A model generated the notes under the pieces. It did no database searches. It was not told where the DNA came from and saw nothing but the letters and a program-made list of their open reading frames with translations. From Macrostomum lignano (taxonomy: Eukaryota), in NCBI GenBank assembly GCA_002269645.1, contig NIVC01000152.1, positions 124,001 to 188,000 of the forward strand: a stretch of 64,000 nucleotides of DNA. The letters run 5' to 3'. Positions 47,901 to 60,712 of the stretch are shown piece by piece. The position numbers were made by a program, and so were the translations under genes. Position 1 is the stretch's first letter, and every line of letters begins with the position of its first letter.

Positions 47901-50159
47901 CTCATCCTGCTTTAGAGACTGTTCTCATGTTGGTTTAGGGACTGTTCTCATGCTGCTTTAGGGACTGTTTCATGTTGGTTTAGGGACTGTTCTCATGTTG
48001 GTTTAGGGACTGTCTCATGCTGGTTTAGACTGTTCTCATGTTGGTTTAGGGACTGTTCTCATGTTGGTTTAGGGACTGTTCTCATGTTGGTTTAGGGACT
48101 GTTCTCATGCTGGTTTAGGGACTGTTCTCATGTGGTTTAGGGACTGTTCTCATGCTGCTTTAGGGACTGTTCTCATGCTGGTTTAGGGACAGTTCTCATG
48201 TTGGTTTAGGGACAGTTCTCATGCTGGTTTAGGGACTGTTCTCATGTTGGTTTAGACAGTTCTCATGCTGCTTTAGGGACTGTTCTCATCCTGCTTTAGA
48301 GACTGTTCTCATGTTGGTTTAGGGACTGTTCTCATGCTGCTTTAGGGACTGTTTTCATGTTGGTTTAGGGACTGTTCTCATGTTGGTTTAGGGACTTTCT
48401 CATGCTGGGTTAGGAAACAGTTCTCATGTTGGTTTAGGGACTGTTCTCATGTTGGTTTAGGGACTGTTCTCATGTGGTTTAGGGACTGTTCTTCATGTTG
48501 GTTTAGGGACTGTTCTCATGTTGGTTTATGGACAGTTCTCATGCTGGTTTAGGGACTGTTCTCATGTTGGTTTAGGGACAGTTGTCCTGCTGGTTTAGGG
48601 ACTGTTCTCATGTTGGTTTAGGGACTGTTCTCATGCTGCTTTAGGACTGTTCATGTGCTTTAGAGACTGTTCTCATGTTGGTTTAGGGACTGTTTTCATG
48701 CTGCTTTAGGGACTGTTTTCATGTTGGTTTAGGGACTGTTCTCATGTTGGTTTAGGGACTGTTCTCATGTTGGTTTAGGGACTGTTCTCATGTTGGTTTA
48801 GGGACTGTTCTCATGTTGGTTTAGGGACTGTTATCATGTTGGTTTAGGGACTGTTATCATGTTGGTTTAGGGACTGTTCTCATGTTGGTTTAGGGACTGT
48901 TCTCATGCTGGCTTAGGGACTGTTTTCATGCTGCTTTAGGGACTGTTTTCATGTTGGTTTAGGGACTGTTCTCATGTTGGTTTAGGGACTTCTCATGTTG
49001 GTTTAGGGACTGTTCTCATGTTGGTTTAGGGACTGTTTTCATGTTGGTTTAGGGACTGTTCTCATGTTGGTTTAGGGACTGTTCTCATGTTGGTTTAGGG
49101 ACTGTTCTCATGCTGGCTTAGGGACTGTTTTCATGCTGCTTTAGGGACTGTTATCATGTTGGTTTAGGGACTGTTCTCATGTTGGTTTAGGGACTGTTCT
49201 CATGCTGGCTTAGGGACTGTTTTCATGCTGCTTTAGGGACTGTTTTCATGTTGGTTTAGAGACTGTTCTCATGTTGGTTTAGGGACTGTTCTCATGTTGG
49301 TTTAGGGACTGTTCTCATGTTGGTTTAGGGACTGTTCTCATGTTGGTTTAGGGACTGTTCTCATGTTGGTTTAGGGACTGTTCTCATGTTGGTTTAGGGA
49401 CTGTTCTCATGTTGGTTTAGGGACTGTTCTCATGTTGGTTTAGGGACTGTTCTCATGTTGGTTTACGGACTGTTCTCATGTTGGTTTATGGACTGTTCTC
49501 ATGTTGGTTTACGGACTGTTCTCATGTTGGTTTAGGGACTGTTCTCATGTTGGTTTAGGGACTGTTCTCATGTTGGTTTAGGGACTGTTTTCATGTTGGT
49601 TTAGGGACTGTTCTCATGTTGGTTTAGGGACTGTTTTCATGTTGGTTTAGGGACTGTTTTCATGTTGGTTTAGGGACTGTTCTCATGTTGGTTTAGGGAC
49701 TGTTCTCATGTTGGTTTAGGGACTGTTCTCATGTTGGTTTAGGGACTGTTCTCATGTTGGTTTAGGGACTGTTTTCATGTTGGTTTAGGGACTGTTCTCA
49801 TGTTGGTTTAGGGACTGCTTTCATGTTGGTTCAGGGACTGTTCTCATGTTGGTTTAGGGACTGTTTTCATGTTGGTTTAGGGACTGTTCTCATGTTGGTT
49901 TACGGACTGTTCTCATGCTGGTTTAGGGACTGTTCTCATGTTGGTTTAGGGACTGTTCTCATGTTGGTTTAGGGACTGTTTTCATGTTGGTTTAGGGACT
50001 GTTCTCATTTTGGTTTAGGGACTGTTTTCATGTTGGTTTAGGGACTGTTCTCATGTTGGTTTAGGGACTGTTTTCATGTTGGTTTAGGGACTGTTCTCAT
50101 GCTGGTTTAGGGACTGTTCTCATGCTGGTTTAGGGACTGTTCTCATGCTGGTTTAGGGA
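32912..50159. repeat. 17.2-kb satellite array, 23-bp monomer GGTTTAGGGACTGTTCTCATG(T/C)T, about 750 copies, with higher-order blocks
   Basis: Period 23 (e.g. 32941, 32964). Recurrent variant monomers; identical track ORFs at 33974/35513/38719 and near-identical ones at 36396/41693/43132/45434/47585. Confidence 0.98.
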
Positions 50160-50847
50160 TCAAAACAGATCATCCAAAAACGCTGGAAGAAAAACAAAGA
50201 AAATTGCGGAGAAAAGAATAAAGAAATAAAATGAATAATATTTCCATTTTTCTATTGCTAGTAGTAAAAATAAGTTCAAACCAAAACGCTAATTAATTAA
50301 GTAGAGAAACTCCTTGTACAGAGTTTCAAGAAAATATAAGATGAAAGGGCTGAACTGTACGCACAGAATAGCAGAATATTGCACAGCTGGTGGAACTGGC
50401 TACTACGAGTAGAACAGAGAGGGAAAAACGGTATGGAAATCAAACACACCTTTTGTTTCCTCCTATAAACTGATTAATAGAAATTGTAAATCAAAATTAA
50501 GAAAGCATTCATCTGACAATGTACGTAGAAGAGAGGCACATATTGGAAACTAGTTCTAGTTAACTAATACGCATGCATAAACAATTTATTACACGCACCC
50601 AAGAATTCTCGGAATATAAATCCGGATAAACAGTTATATTGACTTGTAAAAAAGCCTTATATACCGAGGTATGTAAGAAAGGTCCAAAGCCAACCTGCAA
50701 ATCAATAAATAATGCAGGATATCTAAAGACTTACTAGTAAACAAATAAACAAAACTTATGCGATTAGAAAAATATAGAGGAGAAGCCAACACCAACACTA
50801 GCCTGCTTTGACGCGACAGAAAGGGGAGTGAACTACTATTAGGATTA

Positions 50848-51230
50848 GGAGTGAACCATCCTTAGCTAAGGAGTGAACCATCCGTAGCTAAGGAGTGAAC
50901 CATCCGTAGCTAAGGAGTGAACCATCCGTAGCTAAGGAGTGAACCATCCATAGCTAAGGAGTGAACCATCCATAGCTAAGGAGTGAACCATCCATAGCTA
51001 AGGAGTGAACCATCCGTAGCTAAGGAGTGAACCATCCTTAGCTAAGGAGTGAACCATCCGTAGCTAAGGAGTGAACCATCCAAAGCTAAGGAGTGAACCA
51101 TCCGTAGCTAAGGAGTGAACCATCCGTAGCTAAGGAGTGAACCATCCATAGCTAAGGAGTGAACCATCCATAGCTAAGGAGTGAACCATCCATAGCTAAG
51201 GAGTGAACCATCCATAGCTAAGTAGTGAAC
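50848..51230. repeat. 22-bp minisatellite (GGAGTGAACCATCC(G/A)TAGCTAA), about 17 copies
   Basis: Direct reading. Confidence 0.95.
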
Positions 51231-51961
51231 CCTGCTTAAAATCCTGCTTTTCAGCTACCTATCTATTTTGTTCCGCAGCAAAAAATATTCCTTACGAGCA
51301 GTGGGGATGTCACTGTAAGCAAAGCAGACTAGCTAGTAAGAAGGAAAGAATCTTTGCATTGCTTTCGTGCATTGATAAAGATAAAGAGATAAACTTATAT
51401 CAATAACAAATAAACACTCACGCATACTTCATAATTACGTGAGAGATTGCTTTAGTAAAGAAAATCTAAAAAACAAATCACAAAGTTCGACAAAAGATCA
51501 AGTTGAAAAATTCGAATTGCTCAACAATAAATAACTATTTTAGTAAACTGACTGACTGACTCGTGAATTAAGTTGACTATAGAAACTCTAAGAGCTTGAA
51601 ACTATCTGTAATGTAGGTTTGCTTAAGTTGCTCTAGCAGCTTACTGAAGGCACGATACTTTAACTGACGGATTCCATTAGAATGCAGCAAACAAATGCAG
51701 TCGCTGGCTGGATCAGGAGAGGTGCTGAAAAGAAATTTGTAGAATAAATTTGAAATTTGACGAGTAACTACGAAAAGTTATTACGCAATTTCTTATCTAT
51801 GTAGAAAACTATTATAGATAGCAAAGTTCAGATCGCGTACAATACAAGAATGATAAATGAACTGAAATATGTCATCTTTCACCTATCATTAATAACAAAT
51901 CAACCATCACACGACTGAAACTCGCTGAAATTAAAACTACGTACGCGACTTTAGTAACCCA

Positions 51962-52431
51962 AGCTAGGAATCACGTGACTCTAGCAGAACAAGCTTAGAA
52001 TCACGTGACTCTAGCAGAACAAGCTAAGAATCACGTGACTCTAGCAGAACAAGCTAAGAATCACGTGACTCTAGCAGAACAAGCTAGAATTCACGTGACT
52101 CTAGCAGAACAAGCTAGGAATCACGTGACTCTAGCAGAACAAGCTAGGAATCACGTGACTCTAGCAGAACAAGCTAAGAATCACGTGACTCTAGCAGAAC
52201 AAGCTAGAATTCACGTGACTCTAGCAGAACAAGCTAGGAATCACGTGACTCTAGCAGAACAAGCTAGGAATCACGTGACTCTAGCAGAACAAGCTTAGAA
52301 TCACGTGACTCTAGCAGAACAAGCTAGAATTCACGTGACTCTAGCAGAACAAGCTAGGAATCACGTGACTCTAGCAGAACAAGCTTAGAATCACGTGACT
52401 CTAGCAGAACAAGCTTAGAATCACGTGACTA
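51962..52431. repeat. 30/31-bp minisatellite (AATCACGTGACTCTAGCAGAACAAGCTAGG), about 16 copies
   Basis: Direct reading; 10-aa periodic ORF 52005..52298. Confidence 0.95.
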
Positions 52432-52828
52432 GCCAAATTTTCTACCCGAAATCTGCAGACCGATTTCTTCTATCCATCGAAATGTGTTACCCAAAATCTG
52501 CTCTGCATTGCTTCAGTTCACCCAGCTATAAAATGGGTACCAGCATTAGATGGGGTAATTGAAGGTGTGTGACGTGAATCCTTGGACTGAACAGCCGTAC
52601 GCAGCCTTCAGATGCGCCACGCAATAGCTGCGGCTGACTTGTCGGTTGCACATCTGGCCCAGTTGAAGATTTCGGATAGCAATTTTCTCGCTAGCAAACT
52701 TCATGGACTCACACAAAAATGCAAGTCACTTGTATGCGGAGTCGAGCGTCAATGCGCCGCGCAGTTAGCAAGATACTTTATTAGCATAATAAATCATAAA
52801 TCAAGCATAGCTCAATAAAAACTGGATT

Positions 52829-52982
52829 TTAACTCACAGCTCGACGCAGAACTTCGGCTTCGGGAATTTCGACCGTGATAAAGTACACAACATGGCGATC
52901 CTGCACACCGACTAAGTTATATTGCAAACTGCTGAGGCCGTCCTCCTTCCACCGCTTGCGGCCCTTATTGATGAGATTTACC
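52829..52982 (-). CDS. GT7 beta-1,4-Gal/GalNAc-transferase, exon 3
   Basis: Acceptor CTCTAG|G; (R)VNLINKGRKRWKEDGLSSLQYNL matches the family DGLNSL.Y motif; TAA at 52829-52831. A GTGAGT just before the stop could be a further donor. Confidence 0.82.
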
Positions 52983-53022
52983 CTAGAGCAGAGCAGAATA
53001 GAGCGACATTGCAGTTAAGTAT

Positions 53023-53215
53023 GATCTGGGATCGGGATCGGGATCTGGATCTGGGATCGGGATCTGGGATCGGGATCGGGATCTGGGATCTGGGATCGGG
53101 ATCTGGGATCGGGATCTGGGATCGGGATCTGGGATCGGGATCTGGGATCGGGATCTGGGATCGGGATCTGGGATCGGGATCTGGGATCGGGATCTGGGAT
53201 CGGGATCTGGGATCA
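53023..53215. repeat. GATCTGG/GATCGG (13-bp) repeat filling intron 2 of the GT7 gene
   Basis: Direct reading. Confidence 0.93.
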
Positions 53216-53222
53216 TACTCAC

Positions 53223-53504
53223 CGCTGCGGGTTGGGATCATTCTTAGTGTCGCGATTGTGCTTAATCATCTTGTACCTGGCGATGCTCATGGGATACCTG
53301 GACACCTGGAAGCCGGCCCAAGCGACTCGGTTTCGAAAATCGTCGTCCTCACCGCCCCAGCCGAAGAAGACGTTTGAGAAGCCGTTGACAGCGCGGAACT
53401 GTTCGCTAGTCAGAGAGCAGGCGCCGCCAAAAATCGTTTCGTAGGGCAATTTGTAGCCAAACTTGTCGATGGCTGCGCTCAGGTGTCGGGGCTTCGAACC
53501 GCAT
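53223..53504 (-). CDS. GT7 beta-1,4-Gal/GalNAc-transferase, exon 2
   Basis: PRHLSAAIDKFGYKLPYETIFGG, VNGFSNVFFGWGGEDDD, RYKMIKH; acceptor CCTCAG|A, donor CG|GTGAGT. Confidence 0.93.
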
Positions 53505-53569
53505 CTGAGGAATAAATAAACAAACAACTTCTGTATGTATTCGGTATTGAAGTCTGCGAAGCCGCAATC

Positions 53570-53725
53570 CCCGGCTGATTCTTTGATGTGCGCCGCTACC
53601 CCCTGCTGATTCTTTGATGTGCGCCGCTACTACCCCCTGCTGATTATTTGATGTGCGCCGCTACTACCCCCTGCTGATTATTTGATGTGCGCCGCCGCTA
53701 CCCCCTGCTGATCTTTTGATGTGAG
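53570..53725. repeat. About 34-bp repeat (CCCCCTGCTGATTATTTGATGTGCGCCGCTACTA) in intron 1 of the GT7 gene
   Basis: Direct reading, 4-5 copies. Confidence 0.85.
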
Positions 53726-53769
53726 CCGCTACCACGTTATCAATAGTCGCATCAAAATAAAGCCCCAAC

Positions 53770-54629
53770 CTATAGATATTGTGGTCGTGCTCCGGCAGCA
53801 GGTCAACATCGTGAAATATGAAACAATCCGGCTGAAATATTTTTCCAGCCTCAACAAATCCGATGTTGAACAGCATCGCCCGATTAAACCTGGTGGTGCC
53901 GCTCTGTTCGATAGCGAATATTCGATAGTTAAGCTGTTGCCTACGCAGCATGGGGTGTAGCACTAATAACAACAGGCGCAGGTGCGCGTCTCGATTTCTA
54001 TAGGGCACAATTATTGCCACCCGTTGCTTAGCAACGCAATCATCCGGTTGACAACCGCCGTGTCTAACAAAGGGCAGGCTTTGCTCTAATTCTAGCCAGC
54101 TGGGCGCCCTGCTAGAATCTGTGAGCACAGTGAACTTGTCCCCGAGTAGGCCGGGTGGATCCTCCGGACAGATGGACAGATTCGAACTGACAAGGCCACT
54201 CGCCCGAATCGATCCTGGGGCCAAGGTTGGCATTGTTGATGGCGAACTATTCGATACTGTAGCCAGCGGCGAAACTGTAGTCGCCAAATACGTCTTGTTG
54301 GTTGCTTTATTGGTTGCCATGCCAACAATAACTTGGTCAAATTTGCGCAATAAACTAGGAGATGAAGGCCAGAATGTCAGAGAAAGAGTCCTGCTAATCA
54401 GAAAGTGCAGGCAGAAGTACAGCACCAATGCAGCAATGCCAAAGCGAATTCTTCTAGACATCAGCCGGCCAAGCCAGGAGGTCATCACTCGACTGGCCAG
54501 CAGGCTGCCGCTGTCACTTCTGCTGCTGCCAGCAGCAGCGGGACTGCCGCGGCTGCTGGAACTGGGCGACGCCCACACGTGTTTGGAAGCGGGGCAGAGA
54601 GGGAGGTCAGCAGTTGTTTTTGCATTCAA
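53770..54629 (-). CDS. Beta-1,4-N-acetylgalactosaminyltransferase / beta-1,4-galactosyltransferase (GT7, bre-4-like), exon 1; about 431 aa total
   Basis: Type II TM anchor (IRFGIAALVLYFCLHFLI), stem, CPEDPPGLLG, VAIIVPYRNR, FNRAMLFNIGF, FHDVDL; donor AG|GTTGGG. Confidence 0.92.
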
Positions 54630-57600
54630 GAAAAATTTACAGCAAGTTTGAGAAAGTGAAAGGCATCATCATTGATTTTCCAAAAATATGCCATTTCTAT
54701 TTTGATACTCAAGGAAAAATTGATTCTTTTGAAAATCTGTCATAGATTCTTTCAGGATTGTAAAAAAAACAGATTGCAATTAGGAAATTCTCAGGCAACA
54801 AGATATTTTTTGCAACTGCAAATGAATTTTTTTAATATACAAATACTCAGCAAAATTGAAAAGTCGCCATCACAGAAGATTCCATCTGTGGTTGCCACTT
54901 TTGAGAGAGAAGTAGTCTCTCAATCTTTGCAAGTGATGCAACTTAGCTACATTGTGACAGGCTTGGGTTGAGGAATGAAGTGGGGAGAGTGCTGTGCGAG
55001 GATTGGAAGGATCAAAGCTATCTCTTAGTTTTTTCACAGCTTTTATTTTAGATTAGTCCAAGAGAAATTGCTCACTGGCACAGTGACAACTTTTCTATGT
55101 TGCTAAGTATAAAACCAGTTTTTAAAAAAAAATAGAAAATTTTCTTCCAGCTAAGATTCATTTTAAAAAATTGTAGCATATTACTATAGCAAAATAAAGA
55201 CTTTTGTACTATTGGCATACAATCTATAATATAATAGTAACCCTAGAGTATAAAAACCTAAAATAGTTTATAAAAAGTAGTCATTAAATAATCTTCTATA
55301 ATGCTTTGTGAAGTTTCATTATGAAGTTTCTAGCATATAAAGTCTATTTTGATACTATTGAATTTATATTTTTTGAAATAATTATAAAGAGTTAACAAAG
55401 AGATATACTAAACAAAGATATATACTATAACAACAAATTAAGCAAAGCTCTTATGCAACAAAGTACCTATACTAATAATGTATAAAAATTTGTTAAGAAG
55501 GATAATTTCTAGAGGATAAAGACTGAAAAGAAAAGGGAGAAGGAAATAACTCTGAATTTAGGTTAAAATGCACTTGGTCCCCCTTTTTCAGGTCTCTGTC
55601 AAAGGGGGAATTGTCTTGGTTAAGTTTACATTTATTATATTTCTTGGAACACTTTGTAAATAGTTATTCAATAAAAATTATACTATTTATAAAGAATAAC
55701 ACTACCAGAAATATAAAATCATATTTACTAATTCAGTATTTTATAATTTACTTATTCTTTCTATAATATTTAAAGTTTTTCACCATATCTTGCAAATTTA
55801 TTTGTCAAAACTTTCTATCATGAAAATTAAAATCATAGATTTTATACCCTATAGGAAAAAGTTGTAAAACTGCGGACGGTGTCCGGCGCACTTTTGGAAT
55901 TTTTCTAAAGCGCAGCGCGCGCTGCCCTTTCTTACTGGCTGCTGCTTTAGCAAATACATATATATGGAAATGGGTATAATACCTCTATGGAAGGGGCTTA
56001 AAAAACTCATAATTTATTAAGCTTAGAGATGTTCCAAAAATTCAATTTCAATTTTCCAAAATTTGAAATTTTTTAGAGCAAATTTCAATTTTGAAAAAAA
56101 TTTAGAAGTAAAAATTTTGGTAGTGTCTAAAAAGTTGCTAAAAATAAACTAATTTCTACTACATATAATAAATGTATTACTTTTTGCTTAAGCAGTAACT
56201 TGAGAGTGAAAAAGTGAGTGTTGATCATACTAAACTTTATTTTTCTGAATTATGATTTCGGGAAATTTCAATTTTGATTTTGGAAAGTTAGCGAATTTTG
56301 ATTTCGATGAAACTGCAGATCTTTTAGAACATCTCTAATAATCCTAAAGTGCGGTAAAATAGTTTGACTCTTTTCTAAAATGCGCGTCCATGGGTTTTCA
56401 ACATTTATTCCAATAGGGATTTTATAAGACTTAATACTTCTCTAATAAGCCTAACTATATATAAAATATAACCATTGATAAAAAACTATAATAGAAAATC
56501 TTTTTACTTGGGTTTATTAACAATTATATTATAGATGGCCAAAACATATTATATTTTTGTAGAAATCTTAGGACAAATTAAATAAACAATTTATTTTGTT
56601 AAATTAATTTTAGAAAAAATCAATCAAAAAGGTTTATTTTACTCTACGATTGACATTACCTAATATTTATTCAATGCAATAAAATTATTTTCTGTCAAAC
56701 TAATCAACTTCTTATGTTTATTATTATTATTTAAAGTAAGTTTTTATATGTTTTATATTATACATTTATGTTTCATGAAATATGTTCTATGTTCTATGAT
56801 TACATGTTTTACTTGTTTATAACTACAGATTAAGAGTGAGGTGCAATATTCAATTTAATAATAACTCTATTACTCTATTAATTTATAGATAAATACTATC
56901 TTATTCACTTAGAACTGCAAGAAGATTTACTGTTCACATACTGACATAGTTTAGGCATTTGAGTATAAAATAAGAAAACTCCAAGTAGACATACGTTTAA
57001 GTTAAAGCAACAAATGAATGATATAAGTCAATGCGAGTACATACAAGAAAGAGTAGGTGGATGAACAGTAAACTGAGAGAGCTGGATGGCCAGATGCCAC
57101 GATAACCATAAAATGTTATTTTCCTAGAAACCCGTCTTTCCAAAAATGATCTAGTCTTGTGGTCCGGAAATTTTTATGGTTTAACAAAATGCTAAGCTAC
57201 GTGTAGAGCCAAATAATTATTTTTAAAATGAAAAAAGCAGTTTTTTCAATTTTTCTTGATTTATTTACAACATCGAAGATAGAATGCTTGCAGCATCTCA
57301 AGTAAAATGGGACTGCATGAATTCAACATTATGTTAATCTAATTAAGAGGAGCAATTTATACTTGCCCTATTTATACATTGTTCTAACAAGTAATAAATT
57401 TTAATATTAGTTGAATACACCTGTCCTATTAAGCAGGTAGCAACTAACGGCTCAGCCGCAGCTATTGCATCTGAAGACTGAAGGCTGCGTACTTGTGTAC
57501 GACGGCTGTTCTGTCCAAGGAGGGGGGTCGCCACGCGCAATCTTAATTACCTTAGCTAATTTCAGTTCCCATTTCACAACTGATAATTGAACTGGAGAAA

Positions 57601-57649
57601 TTCGGAAATTGTAGCGTCCACTCAATGACACAAATTGTTCCAAGTCAAT

Positions 57650-57725
57650 AATAGGTCAAGGATCGAACCCCCGACCTTTCAGTTGAGTCCCGATCCGACG
57701 TTCTAACCACTAGGCTACAACGGCT
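57650..57725 (-). other. tRNA-like Pol III head (A and B boxes): probable tRNA-derived SINE head or tRNA pseudogene
   Basis: Minus strand TAGCCTAGTGG (A box, 57707-57717) and GGTTCGATCC (B box, 57660-57669); no convincing acceptor stem. Confidence 0.5.
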
Positions 57726-59641
57726 CTGTTAAATGTGGCTGTACCACGTACTACCACTTTTTGGAAATTCGGTCAAATCTACTGCTGGAATATCTCGGCG
57801 AGCAATTCGGCCTTTTCTCGTGCTCCCTAAAAAACTCTATGCCAAATTTCGGCAATATTCCATCTGGGTCAGTGCATGCGATAAGCTGTAGCTATTTATA
57901 CATTGTTCTAACCTTAAATTTAAACATGCAGTGGCCATATATTATTTTCCAACCTCTTTTAATTAACCATTATGATGTACTTTGAATCTCTTCAGGCACT
58001 TTTCTTGGATTGAAGATCTCGATCAACCTATCCAAGAGACACGGCCGCGGCAATACGCCCGCCTCACGTCTCTGAAAACACAGAGAATACCCGGGAAAAA
58101 ACATGCCTAACTTCCCAAGTCAACCATGTACTTGGATGACATTGTTGACTTAAGTTTGCAAAGTATAATTGTCATGAACTTAGAAAGTATGCAATGTTGT
58201 TGCCTAACTTCAATCGACTTTTCAAGTTTGCAAAGAACACGTCCCATGTATAAATGCAAGTATAGCTACTTAGAGAGTACTTAAGAAGTGACTCAAGAAA
58301 ACATTACATAGTTGGAAAGAACTTATATTGAATGTACTTGGAAATTTCGGAAACTACTTCGGCGGTACTTGCCACGAGGTTGTATTGTTGACTTACTATA
58401 AGTACTTTGGCAAGTTTGGTTTTTTTTTTCTCGGTTAACTGAGTAAGTATACGTATATAATTGAAACAACGTAAATCAAATGTAGAAGCTAGGCTGTGTA
58501 TTCCACGTGGTTTATGCAAGACAAAAAAACAATCTTCGAAACTTGCTGTCATCAGCTTAAAGTGTGTTATATAAGGTATAATTGAGGCAAATAAAAAGTT
58601 GTGAAAATTCCATCTATAGACCGCGGTCGAAACATTGCGTTCTAAAAGGAATTGTGGTCTAGCTGGATTCCTCACGTTTTGTATCAACGCAACGAACTCC
58701 TGAAAAAGGTGTATATGATTATATACCCGGATTGGAGTGCCACAAATATTTTGATAGCAAAGATACAAAAAACTACCCAAATACCCATAGTTTACTCAAA
58801 GTATCAAGATAAACAAATCGACCACGAGAACTTTAAATTCACTAATCCAGCTCGCGGCAGTGAAACACAGTTAGACACGGTGGCATATCTTGCAGTACGA
58901 TTCGACAGACAGGGATGGCATCGGCAAAAAAAATAATTCAGATTTAGTTTAGTAAAAATTTCTAACCCATCATTTTAGAAAAGAAATAAAGCGCAGCAAT
59001 ATCAGTTTCATTTACAATTCACAGCAAACAGTCAAACATCGACACATGAAAATATGCGTAAACTCATATTCAAAGTTTCAAAAACACAATAATGGACAGA
59101 TTAAAAATACACACAAAAATTAACATTTAAGAGAAAAATGTATAATACAAAATTTGGGCTGTACAAAACACAGAAAATCATTTTCTACTACATTATTGCT
59201 CACTTAAAACCAAAAACAGTTTCTTCTTCTGACTAACATAATTTAGACAGTTGGTCAATTCTTACAAGATACAAACAGTACAAAAAGGAAAACTTCATTT
59301 AAATCAAATGGGGTCTTACAACAATTCACTATTCTCATCTATATATTATATACGGTTGAAATTTAAGTCCATTGCACCAAAGTGCTCATACCAGTTAGAA
59401 ATCGTTTGCATCATTTAACCCTTCTATTGACTTAATTTCCTTTCTCGCAGACTTCATTAGAGACTACCAGAAGAGAACAGAGTTTAATAAAATTAACAAA
59501 TTTGTTTAAATTTAATAAATACACTTCAAGTCAACAACGCTCGTAGTATTTTTGATGGAACTTTTTCACAACGGATAAATATCATTCCGATGACTGTGAC
59601 TGTATTAGGGTAATATAATTTTCATAATATTATGTAGTTCC

Positions 59642-59787
59642 TCAGTACACCTGGCCAGCGGCGTGGCTTGTATCCGGGGGCTGCAGGCCGGAGTACATGT
59701 TTGCGAAGCTGGAATGATAGGCCGATGGCGGACTATCGGAGGCGACGCAGTGACCAGCCGAGATGTTGCTGCAGTGCTGCTGTTGCA

Positions 59788-59831
<44 letters not shown>

Positions 59832-60008
59832 GCCTGCTGAGGCGGCTGGTGCTGCGGCTGGTGCTTGAACTGCAGCGGGCTGCCGTAGCCGCACTCGTCC
59901 GCCATGAAACGAGCGGCTGCGAACTGCTGCTGCGCCGCCTCCATCATGTACTCGTGATGATGCTGAGCGTCAAGCTTCGATAGCATCATGTGCCGATTGA
60001 TGTCCAGG
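59642..60008 (-). CDS. SIX4: Six4/5 homeobox gene, exon 2 (His/Gln-rich tail)
   Basis: Acceptor TTTCAG|C, phase-compatible with exon 1 and in frame with track ORF 59642..59989; poly-Q from a CAG run. Confidence 0.75.
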
Positions 60009-60712
60009 CTGAAATTAGAATTTACAATATTGAGAATTGCACGCGGCTGTCTATACTTAGAGTATAGCTATTGGAGCTAATTAATTGCAATGGGAGATTC
60101 ACGAGGGCGGATACCCCAGTCGCTATCGCTGCTGCAGCGCTCAGTTCAGATGAAGATGGGGCGTGGCCCGCTGTTGCCCATCCGGTCTATCCGCGTGCTG
60201 GCGCATTTCTCATGCTTTCTGCTTCTCTTCTTATTCTTCGTTTTCCCCTCCCCCTTTGGGATGAAGCAGAAATTCGAGTCCCGCATGATGCGCGACTGCT
60301 TCTCGGCGGAGTCGGATGTCAGAAAACTCCCACCCCCATGTTATCCCTCTGCTTCGTCTGTTTCGGCTCTCAGGAAGCTCTCAGTCTCTCTAGGCAGCTT
60401 TGAGGATTGAGGAAACGAGAAACAAACCTGGAAAAGCATCATTAAGATTCTGTGCAGATTGGAAGGGGGCAGGCGGGTGGGCAACCCGAAATGTCTGGAC
60501 CTCTCCTGCATTCTCAGCCTTCCCTGCGTAGCCGCAGTGCTTTAAGCAGCGCCCGAAATCTGATCCCGCACGATGGATTAGGAGACTAGCGGGGATTAGG
60601 GCGCGAGCAGCATCCGGGAGAGGGAAATGTCTTCGGAGTGGTTGGACGCATTTAGCAACTTCGGCCGTACCCGGCCAACCAGATTAAATGCGGGGGTCTC
60701 GTGCGTACTCAC

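Noticed and set aside
32912-50159. True telomere or chromosome end
   Set aside because: TTAGGG is never tandem, always embedded in a 23-bp unit, and single-copy genes flank both sides.
58652-58936. WIPHVL resembling the mariner WVPHEL motif
   Set aside because: A single short motif with no DD34D region or TIRs recognisable; at best a decayed fragment, and a tBLASTn/Dfam search would be needed.
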